From Podarcis melisellensis (taxonomy: Eukaryota): DNA of 64,000 nucleotides. The first letter of the stretch is position 1. The number at the start of each line of letters is the position of its first letter. A model generated the notes under the pieces. The model was not told the origin of the DNA and searched no databases. It saw only the letters and a list, made by a program, of their open reading frames with translations. The translations under genes were made by a program, and so were the position numbers. Positions 1 to 14,060 of this stretch are shown one piece after another. The stretch lies in NCBI GenBank assembly GCA_964234715.1, contig OZ174291.1; one strand, 5' to 3'.

Positions 1-3000
1 CACAAGAGGCAGCAGAACTCTTTAAGTCCTCACATCCTCTGCAGCGAGTCACTGTGAGAGGGAGGGAAGGAAACACCTCCAACCCACCTCCTTGCTTTCT
101 GATGGGGTGGGCTTGGGGTAGATGGTGGGGAGGAAAGCCAGGAGGCCTTTTCCAGCCTGGATTCTGATCCCAGAGGGACAAGGGTTGGTGATGGAGGCTT
201 AGCAGCTCAACTTTGCTTTTGACCAGGCATTTAACAACTGCCAAAGCTTGTTTCTGAGGTCAGGCCCAGGAGTACTTTGCTGGCACCACTACAGCTTCTT
301 TGCTTGCTGTAGCAAATGCCCCTCTGTGGAGTACTAGGCCTGAAAGCCTTGCCAGGTCTGTACCAGGAGCATCTACCTCACCCCATTTGTAAAGAGCATA
401 AAGGGCTTCCTAAGAACCTGCAACTCTATGAAACGATCCAAGTAACATTTGTGCTCCTGCCTGTGGGCCTCTGTACCACCCACCACCCTCTTTCGCATAG
501 TTTCAGCTCACATATGCAAAAAATTTTTGAAGAATCCTCTGCCATTGGGGGACACTTGGTGTGGACACTTTGCAAGCCTTTGTGTGGAATGTTTTGTGCC
601 CGTCTCTGTGCCTGCTTCAGTGCTACAGTACCTGACACACACAAACACACACACAATCTTTCCCCATGTTTCTGAATATATTTACACCTATAATATCACT
701 ATGCTTATTTGCTATTTCCATGGAAACCTGAGTAGGAACTTCAAGTGACTGCATTCAATTACAGTGGTTAGACAAAAGTGTGTTCCCTCGTTGTCTACCG
801 TCAGGCCATTTTCTGGCAGAGCTGATCCAAGCTAAGTGCTGATATAATGACTGATTGATTTTTATATGTATCACCTTATTTCACTAGTTCAGGGCTGGTT
901 ACCATCTGAAAAGATAACCATGTAAGACATACAAAGTCGAATGCTCAAGCTGTTAACACTGTTCTGAAATAGTCAATATGCAAGCTTGCAGCTGGAGCCC
1001 TTCTGGCTGGCTGCTTCATCCCTCTCCACTCCAAGTTCACAGCCCCTTTTGCAGATGGGGACTAACTTCCCCAAGCCATTCTTTTCTCCCGCTTTGCCTT
1101 TGCTGATTTTAACTCATCTAATATTCTGTGAATCATCTTGATTTTCCCTCTGAGCTGAATTCCTTTTTCTGCTCTAGACAGAGAAGATTTCAGGGGTGGG
1201 GGTGGGGGGAACCTGGCTGCCAGAGAAACCCAGTGGTTGGTGATGATGGAAAGTAGAGGAGCCCTGGACTTCTCTGAAACGCCAGAGATGTAAGATGAAC
1301 TCATTGTGCTCTCAGGGCGTAGGGGTGGAATGCGACACTGTGACAAAATCGCACAAGTGGGGGAAATAAGTATTACAACAGGGAACTTTGCTACTGTGGC
1401 TCAGAGTCCTTCAGTTATGAAAAGAGGCAAGTGAGAGTGAGGCTTTATTCTGTCAGACCCTGGATTCCATTTCAGAATCACAAAAGCTGGTGATCTGGCT
1501 GGAATTTCCTCTCTTCCCTCCAGCGTGATGCTGCTTCAGAGTGTGATTCAATCACAGAGCCATTAATGAAGAGCATCATTCACAAATGGCATTAATCTGC
1601 AGGGGCATTTGCAGTGGAGAGGACATGACTCAAAGGGAGGGCGTTGGGTGGAAGGTAAGAGCTCTTAAATTAGTCCCAGGAGTAGTATGTGGAATTCTAA
1701 AGCATGAACAAGCATGACCTTGGATGCTTATCCATCTTAAAATGATTTGCTTCCTTTATCTTGTGATTTCTCCAGAACCAAGGCTACTCTGCACATGGTT
1801 TGTTTCCTCTTTTGAAGGCCTTGACGTATGAACCAGGCCAGTGTTATTCCCTGCATGGTTTTCTGCAAATTTTCTCCGTTTGTTGTATTAAAGTTCCTGG
1901 AACATACTGTTACAAGAATTCAGCCTTGTATAAGCATTTGACTTGTTCATAACATGAATGTTCTGCATTACTCAACTCTGAATATCTTTCCATATACTAA
2001 AAGCCTCCAAGGCACATTGATCTCTCTTTGCAACTGGCATCACCTTGGGTGGCTTGTGACCTGAGGTGCTCCTAAGAAAGGCCCATCCAGATGGCAGGTT
2101 TTGGAAATCGAGCCATTGTTTGGATTGACAACAGCTTGTAGAATTTATGTACTTTCTCCCTCTAAAGGCCTTGTTAATTGTCACTGGCTTACTGTGTTGC
2201 TGTTATTATTGTTGTTATTATTATTATATCAAGTAATACCTGGAAAGGGCTAAGGAAATCCAGGCTGCCCACACCCATGCTGTTCTGGTTCAAAACAGCA
2301 CTACTTGCAGATCTGCTTGTACATATATAAATTTTGAAAACTATTTCTTGTGCAATCCAGGCAAAGTTAAGCAACTTTAAATCCCATCAAGTATGTGCTT
2401 AATCCCCTCAATGAAATAAATGAGATTAGAAGTACCTAGCCTCTGCTGGATGGAGTCCAGTGGTCTTGGGCTCTGCTTTCCACAAACAGCTTTTCTATCA
2501 GGAATTAGTGCCTGAATCTGCTAGTTTCCCGTTCCCGTTCCCGTTCCCAGCCCCCTTTCCTTCTGTAATGTCTACTAGGCTGTAAGTCTGTGGTCTTAGC
2601 TTTGTACAGCACCTGGGATAATGTAGGTGATTTCTAAACAATAAATAAGTGGGAGGAGGTTTTTTTCTTTTGATCTGCTGTGCTTGGCAAGAGGAGTACA
2701 AGTTTCCTGTGGACACAAATGTAGAAGTGACCATCTGGCACCTGATGAAATGCTTGGCCTTGAACGGTCACAAATGCCGCTTATGCGGTGGGCTCCCTCC
2801 TCTCGGGAAATGATTACTTCAAATACTTTTGAAACGTCGTTTTTTAGTGGAGTTCAAAGTTATGTCTTCACTAAATAGGAAACAGCGTACCATGGACAGC
2901 TCCATGCGAAATCATCCTAGCGGCACGAGGGCCATAAAAAATGTATGTTGTTAAATGATGTCTTGGGCTTGCTTGACATGTGATGAAGTTCTCTAAACAG

Positions 3001-3539
3001 AAATCACTTCTCCTCTGCAAGGAAGCAGCACATAAATTTGCCTGTGTGGCGCCAATGAGACTGAAGGAGAAGGGTTGTAACTCTGTGGCCAAGTGGATGG
3101 CTTGCATGCAGAAGGTTGTGGGAGTGTGGATGTGCACGTGTGAACATGAGTTTGGAAAACTGTTTTTCCATTTTACAACTGGTGCTGTGAAAGCCTTATG
3201 TGTTGGTTTGGTTCCTCTACCAGAACGAGAGAGAAAGAGATCTGCTGTTTCCAAGTTTAAATTAGCCAGTGTTTGCAAAGCCTGGCACTCTCCTGACATT
3301 GTGGACCTCAACTCCCATCAGCCCCAGACACCACAGCCATGTTGGGTGGAGCTGATGGAAGCTTTAATCCAACAATATCTGGAAGGCAGCAGACTACTCA
3401 AGGCTGGTACAAGCTAACACTTCTTTACAAGAAAATCCATCTTTGGGGCAGCTTGGGTGGAAGCACCTTAAGACTATTCACTGCGGTGGCTATGGCTGTT
3501 GAGGCTCCTGCGTAATTTTGTGTGCGATTCTCTTGCTGA

Positions 3540-3905
<366 letters not shown>

Positions 3906-5435
3906 GGATCTGTGCAGATGAATCTGGTTTCTTAAGGTGATGTGAAACAGGCGAGCCACAGCTGCTTGCCCCAATGGAAACAATGGCGTAGTGCTTGGAA
4001 GACCCAGTCACGGAAGGGAGAAATCTGAAGTATGTTCACAGATCCCTTCAACTGCCCACACACCTTTTTGCAAAAACAATGTCTTGGAGTGTGCAAGCCT
4101 CCCACCAAATGGCGAGGTTCTGAACTGTATGGAAGTGTTTTCACTACTATCACATCATCCACTGGCTCATTCCGTCTGTTTCATTCCCCCCCCCCCACGA
4201 GATAGCAGAGCTTACCATGTTCTATGTATAATGAGACAGATTGTTGTCCTTATTGTCCTAGAAACCATCATACTGTTGGAATGATGCAGAGCTGGTGAGT
4301 TGGGGAGAGGGCTGTGTTGCAACTCCCAACCCCCAAGAGGGAAGAGACCAGAGGCTAGAGAACAGGCATATCTGAGCAAAGGGTTCCTTTAACCTACAGT
4401 CTGGTACTTGACCTGTACCAGATCATGTACACATGGATCAAGCGTGCACAGGCACCTAACTTGCAGCAAGTACAAAGTACATACTAGATAAACACATTGT
4501 CTTTGCATCATGGTTTATCATGAATAATCTCTCTGCGGAAGGAACCGATAGTACAGAATCATCCCTGTGTGTCCCTGCCACCCTGACCAGTATAGCCCCT
4601 TCTGCTGTTCACAACTTCAACATGTGTGCAAAAAATAAGAAATGAATGGAAATGTTAAGTAATGACAAGGCCAAATTGTGGTCAGTGTTTCTTCTACCAG
4701 TGAGGAGTTTTATACATCAAAAGTCTTCTTTTACATCTTTTTTTGCCAAATCTTTGTGCTCTTTCACAAAAACTCTAAAAGTTGAATAAGTGGTTGAGTG
4801 TTGTTGGTTTTTTTTTAAAATACAGATATATGAAGGTATACATTTTTTTTAATTATTGTTTTGTGTCTGGATTTTGAGTGTGCCAACGGACAATCCTGTT
4901 CCATTGCTCCAAGGAAAATTCTGACAAGTATGGCAACATTTGCAACAGCCTTTCTAAACACAGGAGCCAATGAAACTGTGTACAATATAGCCTTTTAAGT
5001 CATTTTGTTTTGTTTTGGGAGGGGGGTGTTTATTTTTTAAAAATGTGCTGTAATTATTAGGTGAACAGATGAGTGATATGAACAATACTTAAATGTCTTG
5101 ATATTTAAATTTACAAAACTTAGTGGAATTTAAGGAATGGAAGTGATGCATTCCTCGGCTCCCTTTCATCCTGTATGCCAATAATACTGGATGGCATATT
5201 ACTCTAGCAAATTTACAGCTAAGTTTGAATGCCTGAGAAGCTGTGTGTGAACTTACTGGATAATCTCACATGGATCCTAGGGCCAGTGCCCAGGCGGTTC
5301 CTTCTTCTCCCCCTTGTCCCTTGCAAAAGACTTCTTACAGACTTCAGTGTAAGCTAAGTGTATAAATAAATATACATTCAAGAATCGTAAAGCACATAAA
5401 TGCACACACATACACACACTTGCTCTTACACTTAC

Positions 5436-5457
5436 ACACACACACACACACACACAC
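5436..5457. repeat. (CA)n microsatellite in the GNAZ 3' UTR
   Basis: Direct read of an acacacac... run. Confidence 0.9.
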
Positions 5458-5589
5458 TCTCCTCCTGCCTCCCTCCGTTCCCCAGTTGTATGAAGATTAG
5501 TGAGAATTCTCAGCCAAGGGCTCTAAGAAAAACCTAAAGAGAAAACAGTGAATGATTAAAAAAAATTACCGGCTGTCCACTTTTAAGAA

Positions 5590-5595
5590 AATAAA
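5590..5595 (+). terminator. Probable GNAZ polyadenylation signal (3' UTR ~1.7 kb); alternative AATAAA at 5365-5370
   Basis: AATAAA followed ~25 nt later by a GU/U-rich tract (gtgtgtgtatgtaatgtttg). Confidence 0.55.
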
Positions 5596-7252
5596 TCTGA
5601 ATGATCTTAACTGATTTATGGTGTGTGTATGTAATGTTTGTAGATCTTGTGATTCTAGATTCCACACAGCTGGGTTCTTACGTCATTTGCTGCAAGTATG
5701 CGTTCTTTGGGCATTAAAAACCTGTTTAGTTCTAATTGCTTACGCGATGCGATAAAGCCAGTACAGCTACTGAATAGGAAATGGGGGACAATTCTGTTCA
5801 GAAAAAGCTGAAACAGCTGGAGGTTAAAGGGTGTGAATAGTACTTTCTGGCAGAAGGGGATTCTCCTGCTGCTTAGCCCCAAGGGGCACTTCTCATGAAC
5901 ACCTATTGCTACAACCATCTTTAAAGGAAGACTAACGTTTTTCAGAATTGCTGGTGCCAGTGGTAGCCAATACTTGTGAATCCTGTTGAATGTAAGGGAC
6001 CAATTGCTGAGTAGAGTATCAATTTGAGGAGAGTAGCAAAACGACAAAATGAGCTGCGACACTTTGGAAGAGGTGTCCTTTTACTCTGAAGTAAAAGGCC
6101 TCCGAGGTCAGTGGAAGTGCCTTTGTCTGCTCTCTTCTCCTGGAACTGCAATCTACGGATTCTTGTCATTATTTTAAAATGAAGTGCTGAGCTTGTACCT
6201 GCATGCCCCTTGATAAATTGGCGGGGGGGGGGGAAGGACTGGAGCAGAAAAGAGAGAAAGAGCACTTGAAACAGGATTGTGAAATAGCCACGTTCAGTTT
6301 CTACTAAAGGAAATTAGCAGGCAAGTTCTAGCTGAATTCATGATGTTTGTTTTCAATAAAAGGAGACTGCCAGTGGAGGTCAGTAGTGACTGCCGGGAAG
6401 GAAAAGATCAGTCCAAACCACATCTCTAATAAGAGTAGAAGCTCTGGCACAATTTGTTATAGGAAGAAGACTTTACAATGTTGCTCTTCAGTGGAGGCTT
6501 AGAGCAGAAGACCATGGCAGAGATATCCTGGGAGGCAGCGAGGGTTCTCCCCACGCCACCCCCGCTACAAATATCAGTAGCAGATGGATGAGAACTTGCT
6601 GATCTGCCTGAATCCTAATGCTTTATTATGGAATCACCTTTCATGGGCGAAAGCTTCCTTCCTGAGATGTGTGAAGTAGATAGTGCTTGAAGCTCATGCC
6701 AAAACGAACCACGTAGGAGTGGGGATTGATTGAAACCACTGAGGTGAGTAATGTTATAGAGGACTGTAGATTTGGCCTCTAAGGTTACAGCACTTTTGGG
6801 GGGGGGGTATTCTTTGAGCCATGTTAAAAATCCCAGACACTCCAAAGCCAATTTTCAAGCACGCCAGGAGATAATTTAAACCATGGAATGATGTTTTAGA
6901 ATGCTGTGGTAGACAAATTGGGAGTGAATCCGACCTTTTTGCAACAGGGAATATCTCCAGTCCTGCATCTTTGGGAGAGTTCAGCCAAATCTGGATGATG
7001 GAAACCATAGCCATGTCCAGCACACTTAATTAAGAAGGAGTTTTACTGAAGGCATCAGGAGTATGCTTCAGAGAGATTGTAGCACTGTTTTCATACACAG
7101 ATGAAGCAGCACAGCTTCATGTAGCAATTTCTCATTTATTACATCCTTCCTTTCTGCCTCAGATACAGGCACAAAAGGTCACTTGTGTCATAAATCAATA
7201 AAGACAATTATTCCCTCTATTTCCAAAGCTCAATAGCAAATGCAGATCCTCA

Positions 7253-7393
7253 TGTAGCCAAAATGGCACCATGGAGCATAAGACTCTCAGGGTCATGAAT
7301 TTGAGCCCCACGTTGGGTGAAAGATTTCTGCATTGTAGTGGGTTGGACTAGATGATTCTCGTGGCCCCTTCCAACCCTACAATTCTGTGATTC
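7253..7393 (+). mobile_element. Short SINE with tRNA-like head and CR1-type tail (relatives at ~12920-13050 +, 16248-16390 -, 32527-32625 -, 61748-61880 +)
   Basis: Degenerate tRNA head, then gggttggactagatga...ccttccaac...attctgtgattc, the CR1 3'-end signature. Multiple copies in the window. Confidence 0.7.
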
Positions 7394-8568
7394 AAGACAT
7401 GTGAGGAGGCAACAGCAAGCTGGGTGGAGGTACCCCAACCAATGTTTACAAAAAAGTGCAAAAAGAATTTTGGGAAATCCCCAAAGCAGCTCAATGAGGA
7501 GGACCGAACATGCTGGCTGGCTGGAAGAGTGGACAGCAGCACTCTAGACACCAACATTTTGTTGCAGAGTCCCCCTTGTTAAAAAAGAGACAGTAGAGAG
7601 TATAATAGGTATCAGCCAATCAAATATCCAGCAAGTCACAGGGCCGAAGAACATGGCAGCACATTCAAACATCTAGGCAAGGCAACACAGCAAACCCCAA
7701 TGTGCATTCCCACCACCAACCAAACTTCAGACAGTCTTGGGATGCACAGCAAAGCCTCATGTCATTGGAGCTGGTCCTTTGGGTATTCCTGTCCCTACCC
7801 TGTTTAGTACAAGGCAGATAAATTCAGGATTTGTGGATTGCATTTCATATTTTCTAGCAGTCTTATTTCAATGAATCCAATGAAAACATCTGCTTGGTGT
7901 TAATCTTGTACAATGTGCCTCCTTGTTAACAGGCTGCTCAGCCTCAACGTTGTTTTAAATAAGCCCTTTAGCCCCTTGAAACTTAAAGCTTAACTCTGGA
8001 TGTGGCTGTGCAAGGTAAGGGCTAATGCCAACTGTGCAAGGTAAGGGCTAGTGACACAGGAAGTGAACAACTGGGGGGGGGGCTGTGTCTCTTTATGAAC
8101 AGGAGGAGGGGAACTAACCCTCCTTGTCACATGCAGATAGTGTGCAACTTATGCGGGAGTTATGTTCTGGGGATCTCGCCTAAAGCCAAAATCACATATA
8201 GTTAAAACACATTGGGGTAAACACGGAGAGGGATCACAGAAGTCTTTGTTTCTTGGACATCCCTCCTCCTCCTGCCCCCCCCCTTTTTGCCATGTATATA
8301 AAGCTGAATATGCGCTTAGTTAAATGTGCATAACTTGGGGGCTTACTGTATAAGCAAATGCTTGACTTTATACCTGGTTCCTTTTTGCATATGGATAATC
8401 ACAAAACGTCTATTGAGCCATCCGCAATGCCTGGAGACAGTCAGGTTGGGCACCCATAGTAGTGACCAGAAGAGGAATGACCGCTGGGAGGAGCGCAGAG
8501 AGAAGAAACACAATGGTGCATCTGCAGCAGCACAACCAGAAGCTACCCCAGCTGCAGCAAAACATGTA

Positions 8569-8737
8569 CCGTATTTTTCGCTCTATGACACGCACCCGAC
8601 CATAACACGCACGTAGTTTTTAGAGGAGGAAAATCCGTAGGCATGCCACCCGTAGGCGTTCCCTCCATAACACGCACAGACATTTCCCCTTACTTTCTAG
8701 CAGGAAAAAAGTGAGTGTTATGGTGCAAAAAATACGG
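8569..8737. mobile_element. Tc1/mariner-type MITE (related copy at 43905-44161)
   Basis: TIRs CCGTATTTTT(C/T)GC ... GCAAAAAATACGG, flanked by TA on both sides. Confidence 0.75.
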
Positions 8738-10621
8738 TATCGCCTGTATTGGTCTCTACAGCCACAGCGGGCGCTGCAACCTTCCAACAGTTTGACTTCA
8801 CCCCACACCCCGCCTGCAAGGTGCACTCCTCCATTGTCTCCCAAGACACAGACGGATGCCAACAACAACTGAGAACAAAGCACCATTCTGAAAGGCACGG
8901 TCTCCTCTACTGGCCATGTCATCATCATCCACTGACATTAGCAAAGGGTTAGGAAGCCCCTGCCTGGGGTCTGCACACACAGCAGCAGGAGGCCCCATTA
9001 GCTAAAGTGGTGCTTCAGGTTAAGAACAGATCTCCAGAACGAATTAAGTTCTTAACCCGAGGTACCACTATAAGCCTGAGCTTTTATTCAGTTTGGGATG
9101 TGCAAATACTTTTCCACTGCACTGGCAATCTCCTGAGAGGCGGGGGTAGTCACAAAGACACACGACACAGAGCTGGTAAACACCTTTGAACACTGATACT
9201 TTTCCTGTCTTTAATTCAGGCTTGTAAATAGTCACTTGCCTGGCTGCCTGTAGCAAGAAAAAAATCTCCCCTAGGCGACAGAGTAGGTAAGCTATTGCCA
9301 GTCAGAAGAGGAAGGTGGGCTTGCTTTCATTTGGTAGCTCACTGAGTGTTCACTAGCAACAAGGAACCAGATCACATGCTGTATGAACTAGAAGTGTGAC
9401 TCATTCTTTATGCAGAAGCTTAGAAGAGCAATGTGTGATGTTCTGGCACCACCAAGAGACAACTGAACTTTACTACTACATAAGATGCATTTCTACATAG
9501 TGCTGTTAGTCTACCTGGCTCTTTACACAGTGGCAAAAGCAAGAAAGAGGCAAAAAGCCATCCCTGCCCTGAAGAACATCTGACCTATATTGAAATCCCA
9601 CTGCAGGGCTGGGAGGGTCTTGGGAACCATGAGAGGGAGGGAAGGAGGATGAAGTAACAAGGGATAATGTGGACAGGCAGCAATAAACAAAAAAATGGAT
9701 CACAGACAATAGGGCTGCTGGGGTTTTTTTTAATCTGTTAATGCATAACCTTACATAGTGTTTGTACAATAACCTTGTAAACATAAGCCAGTATTATTAC
9801 CCTTAATAATACACTTGAGAGGCTAAAGCTGAGCATTTTGTCTAAAGACCACAGTTTGGACTTGATAATTCTAGTTGATCTCATCTTAAGTGTCATACTA
9901 CATCGGCTCAGCAAAGGCAAAGACGGTTCCTTTCGCTCAAAGAATTTTAAGAGAAAGAAGCAGAGGCAAAACTGGTTTCTAACCTGAAGTTCACTGCACA
10001 CTCATAATGCTCTCCAGCACCACCAAATCACAAAACCACAGGACCATAGGGTATTTCTAAGCTACACATATGTAGAGCACTTTAAATGGCAAGGCTTTTG
10101 TCAAATTATCATGAGACAGCTGAAAATAAGACGCATGCCCCCAGACCAACAGAACGAAGATTCCCTGGAGAAAAGGAAATTGCCACTAAATGAGTTGAAG
10201 TAGCCTGTTCAATAGCTGTGGGAGGAGAAGTGACCCAGTTTGCCACCCTCTCCTCCCAACCTTCCTTCAGACCACAGGGGGAATCAAAAGAAAGGTGGGG
10301 GGCAGCTGCCCCCCTAAATCATGTAAATAAATAAAAATAACTAACAGCTCGGTTCTGTCCCCCTAACATAAAGCCTGCTTCCCCAACATAAATCCTGGCT
10401 ATGCTTCAGGCATTCTCAATCCACGCCACATAGTGTGTGGGCCACATACACAGACCATGGCTACAGAATAGTTAGCTCCAGTTGAGTCAAGCAAGAAAGC
10501 CAGGTCACAAGATGCAAGGGGGTTAGGTGAAATCAACATGAAATTCTAGCCTTTACTTGGTTATGAGCAGAGCAGTTCAGCAGTCAGCGTTGTAAATCTT
10601 ATGAAATTTAATCCACCTTAC

Positions 10622-10740
10622 CTAGAGGCAATTCTGACACAAGTTTCAGTGCATAATGCATATTCCACCGGCAGATGTCAACAGGATCATCCAATAGCTG
10701 TGCCAGAGCTGGAATGACTCCATTTTCTAGGAAGCCGGTC
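10622..10740 (-). CDS. RSPH14: Radial spoke head 14 homolog, third coding exon (119 nt)
   Basis: Minus strand gtag|G ACC GGC...CCT CTA G|gtaagg encodes (R)TGFLENGVIPALAQLLDDPVDICRWNMHYALKLVSELPL(G), similar to recalled human [32 protein letters not shown]. Phase 2 in, phase 1 out, consistent with the previous exon. Absent from the ORF track. Confidence 0.9.
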
Positions 10741-10884
10741 CTACATTCAGAAAATGTATTGGTAAGAAGTGGTTTGTATAAGCACAATATTAAACTCCCC
10801 TATTCGAACCTGGGAAAATATGTTGCAGAACAGAAGAAAATCCCTACTCTAAAACGCTTGCATTAAACTTCAGCAAATACCTAC

Positions 10885-10987
10885 CTGCCAACAGAATGCG
10901 TTGCCATAATATAAAGAACCTCTGTTGTTTTCTGTCGCACGGTGCTGTCATCATCTAAAAGCAGCGTCTTCAAATTATCTAGAAATC
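10885..10987 (-). CDS. RSPH14: Radial spoke head 14 homolog, second coding exon (103 nt)
   Basis: Minus strand ctttcag|GA TTT...GGC AG|gtaggt encodes (G)[33 protein letters not shown](R), similar to recalled human [34 protein letters not shown]. Phase 1 in, phase 2 out. Confidence 0.92.
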
Positions 10988-12595
10988 CTGAAAGACACAT
11001 TTTTATTTTTATTTTATTTTCACCACCTTTCAACAGACATCCAGGGCAAAGTTATAATACACTCATTAAACCACCACATTAGAAAAAAGAACATAGAAGG
11101 CAGTGGTAGGGTTAAAAACAGCCACCAAGTAGCATGAAAGCAGTTGTCTCTGAAACTCATCAGAGATGACTATATATTGGTTATTTAGAGTGCCCAATGG
11201 GCAAATAATATTCACAACATGGTTCTGTTCCTTTATTTCTGTTTTTGTTCTATTAGCAATTGTTATTTTGATCTTTGTAACAATGATAAAGATATATTAA
11301 TTGAAACTGTTTTAAAAATACTTGCAACCTTTATAAGAATGATCTCCAGGTGAATAAAGTTTGGACACACACATTTTCCTAAACCGTGTGCAAAATAAAT
11401 ATTGAAGTGGGTTGCCTGCTCATGTGCTCTGGAACAGTTTCCTGGGATGCCTTCTGGAATACTTTGGTATCTACTATCATTACAATGTCTTTTAGGTCCT
11501 ATGATTTATGTACCGTAAGCTCTCCTTTTCAGCTCAAAAGGTTTTTCAAAAGAACATTAAACATTGCTTTGCTGGATCTGACCAAAGGTCCACCCAGTCC
11601 AATGTAGCACTTCCCGCAGTGGGTGGGATCTGCCATCTGGTACTGCTAGAAACAGACTGCCTCTAAATTTGGACATCCTGTGCATTAATTGCACTTTCCA
11701 TGTGTTCATCCTGAACCTACTTTTTGCAGCAGTACTGTACATATACATACTAGCACAAAGGATGCAAAGACAAATAACATTGACAGTAGGATGTCTCTGT
11801 AGCTTTGTGATATCCTACTGGAAATGTAGGTATTCTCAACTCGGTCCCTTGTTCCATGAACTGAATTAAATAAGGGGCAGGCAAACACCCCCCCCTTGCA
11901 AATAAATAAATGATCCAACCCCAAACAACTGCTGCACCTTTTTCCTTTTCAAGAAAACCATTTTATAGCCTGATCTGAATGACTACCAAATCAAAGTTTG
12001 GAAAGATCGAGCGGTTTGCTGACCAACCACAGTGCACTGTGACAATGTGCTGCTAGCTTTGCGGTAGGGCAGGTGGTCCCCAGCATGTGACTGCAGAGGT
12101 CTGTCCTGCCGCTCACAGGTTCTGCCCCCTCCACATTGCTGCCTTTCACCCTTCTGAAAGTAGGCATGGGAGAAGCATTCTACCTACTGTAGCCTATAAA
12201 ATAGGCTAAAGTGTGGACTTGGTTGTATGCCAATTTATCCAGTTTGCAAGTGTACCCATAGACCCAAAGAGATTGGTGATCAAGCCTGTATGTTAGGGCC
12301 ATTGTGTCACCCCTCCCCACTTCCACTGGAGCATGTATCATGAACTGCCCTGTGGGAGGGAAGGAGGCAGATGAAAAAGCCACCCAGGCCTGCTATAGTT
12401 TGACTATCCCACCATTCTGACCTCTAATAGGGCCATTTTTATCACCCATTGCCCTGGGGGAAGGATTCTAATGGCTTTGTAAATGTTGACATTGTGGATT
12501 GTTTATCCCACCCCCCAAAAAGCTGAATGTTACCGATACTTGTACTCCACCTTGGAAGGACTTGTATCCTGAAAGGTGGGATATAGATAAGAGTA

Positions 12596-12894
12596 AAAGG
12601 TAAAGGGACCCCTGACCATTAGGTCCAGTCGCGGACAACTCTGGGGTCGCGGCACTCATCTAGCTTTATTGGCCGAGGGAGCCAGCATACAGCTTCCGGG
12701 TTACGTGGCCAGCATGACTAAGCCACTTCTGGCGAACCAGGGCAGCGCACGGAAATGCCATTTACCTTCCCGCTGGAGTGGTACCTATTTATCTACTTGC
12801 ACTTTGATGTGCTTTCAAACGGCAAGGTGGGCAGGAGCAGGGACCGAACAACAGGAGCTCACCCCATCACAGGGATTCAAACCGCCGACCTTCT
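12596..12894 (-). mobile_element. Sauria SINE (5'-truncated)
   Basis: aaaggtaaagggacccctgaccattaggtccag... is the reverse complement of the (ACCTTT)n-tailed Sauria SINE. Seven copies occur in the window. Confidence 0.85.
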
Positions 12895-13088
12895 ACCAAA
12901 TAAATAGCCAACAAGGTGCAATCAGTAGAGCATGAGGCTTTGGATCTCAAGGTTGTGGGTTCGAGCTCTATATTGGCCAAAAGATTCCTGAATTGCAGGG
13001 GGTTGGACTAGATGACCCTGGTGGTTCCTTTCAGCTCTATGATTCTATAATTCCCACGTTCAGTCCAGGCAAAAGTGGCATCTCTTAC

Positions 13089-13290
13089 CGAGTCTAATGG
13101 CTTCATAGACATTCTCTGGGTCGTGCACCAAATCACACAGAGCCATCAGCGCCCGCTGCCGGGTCAGAAGGTCGGGGTCTTCCAGCTCCTCGTTCAGTTT
13201 TGGGAGACCCCTTCGGCCATAGGCAATGGGGGCTTTCGTGGGGTCAATATCAGGGGGCAGTTTGGAGGAGATACGGGGCAGGAGCGCCAT
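13089..13290 (-). CDS. RSPH14: Radial spoke head 14 homolog (RTDR1), first coding exon; the exon probably starts at 13318
   Basis: ATG at 13290 gives MALLPRISSKLPPDIDPTKAPIAYGRRGLPKLNEELEDPDLLTRQRALMALCDLVHDPENVYEAIRL(G). Donor G|gtaaga at 13088. Polypyrimidine tract plus AG acceptor at 13320-13319. Confidence 0.93.
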
Positions 13291-13613
13291 CCCAAGTTCC
13301 TTCTGTACCACAGCAGCCCTAAAAAAGGAAAGGGGAAAAAGCTGCTTAGGGCAAAGGGAAGGAAAACAAGAGCAGCAGTTGTATGTGTCTTTGCTTCAGT
13401 TCCAACACACACGCACCAACAGGACATGTGTACTTTTTTGGAGCGGGGTGGGGGACACTTGTTGCAACTGAAAGCAAGACAGGATTTTAAAGGTAAGTAT
13501 CTATCCTTCTCCCCTCCAACCCCCACCCGCGATTCAATAGAAACAAACAACAATAATATTAACCCTGAAAGAGAAGCACGAATGAAAAACCTGGGAATTC
13601 TTGTTTAAAAATT

Positions 13614-13616
<3 letters not shown>

Positions 13617-13657
<41 letters not shown>
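13617..13657. repeat. (AAT)n microsatellite
   Basis: Direct read, about 13 units. Confidence 0.95.
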
Positions 13658-13658
<1 letters not shown>

Positions 13659-13779
13659 TTAACATCGAAATGAACGATAGCAACTGGGGAAAATATATTA
13701 CTTGGTGCACACACGCAAAATAGAAATGGCAGAGGGGGAACCCGATAAACCCAGTTTAGCAAAGTGGGGAGAAATGTCA

Positions 13780-14060
13780 GCTCCGAAAGCGGCCGATTCC
13801 CCGCCCTGCCTAGGCCTCTGGTTGCTAAGCGACCGCGACGCCCTCGCTCCCTACGTCTAGATCTGTGAATACGAAGCTACGCACGCGGGAAAAAACCCTC
13901 TACGAGGTGTTGCCAGAGTCCGACGGAGCGCAAATGTCGTAATTCCCGCAAGTGGCGGCTGGGCAGGATGTGTCGTGGTGGGGAGGCCAGGCGAGAGAGA
14001 GAGAGAGGTGGTGGCCCTCAAATGCCAGTCTCTGCAGCCCGCGCTGCCCCTGCGGGAAAC
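13780..14060. promoter_or_regulatory. Divergent (head-to-head) RSPH14/RAB36 promoter; CpG-rich, GC box ~13800, RFX X-box GTTGCTAAGCGAC at 13821-13833
   Basis: Local CpG enrichment between two divergently oriented genes. The X-box fits the RFX palindrome GTTGCYnnGYRAC typical of ciliary genes. Confidence 0.7.

Noticed and set aside
8006-8050. 19-bp direct repeat ctgtgcaaggtaagggcta containing a donor-like AAG|GTAAGG
   Set aside because: Simple local duplication downstream of the GNAZ polyA region, with no associated acceptor or ORF.
13491-13498. Perfect plus-strand donor AG|GTAAGT upstream of the divergent promoter
   Set aside because: It would require a RAB36 exon overlapping RSPH14; I found no supporting acceptor or promoter.
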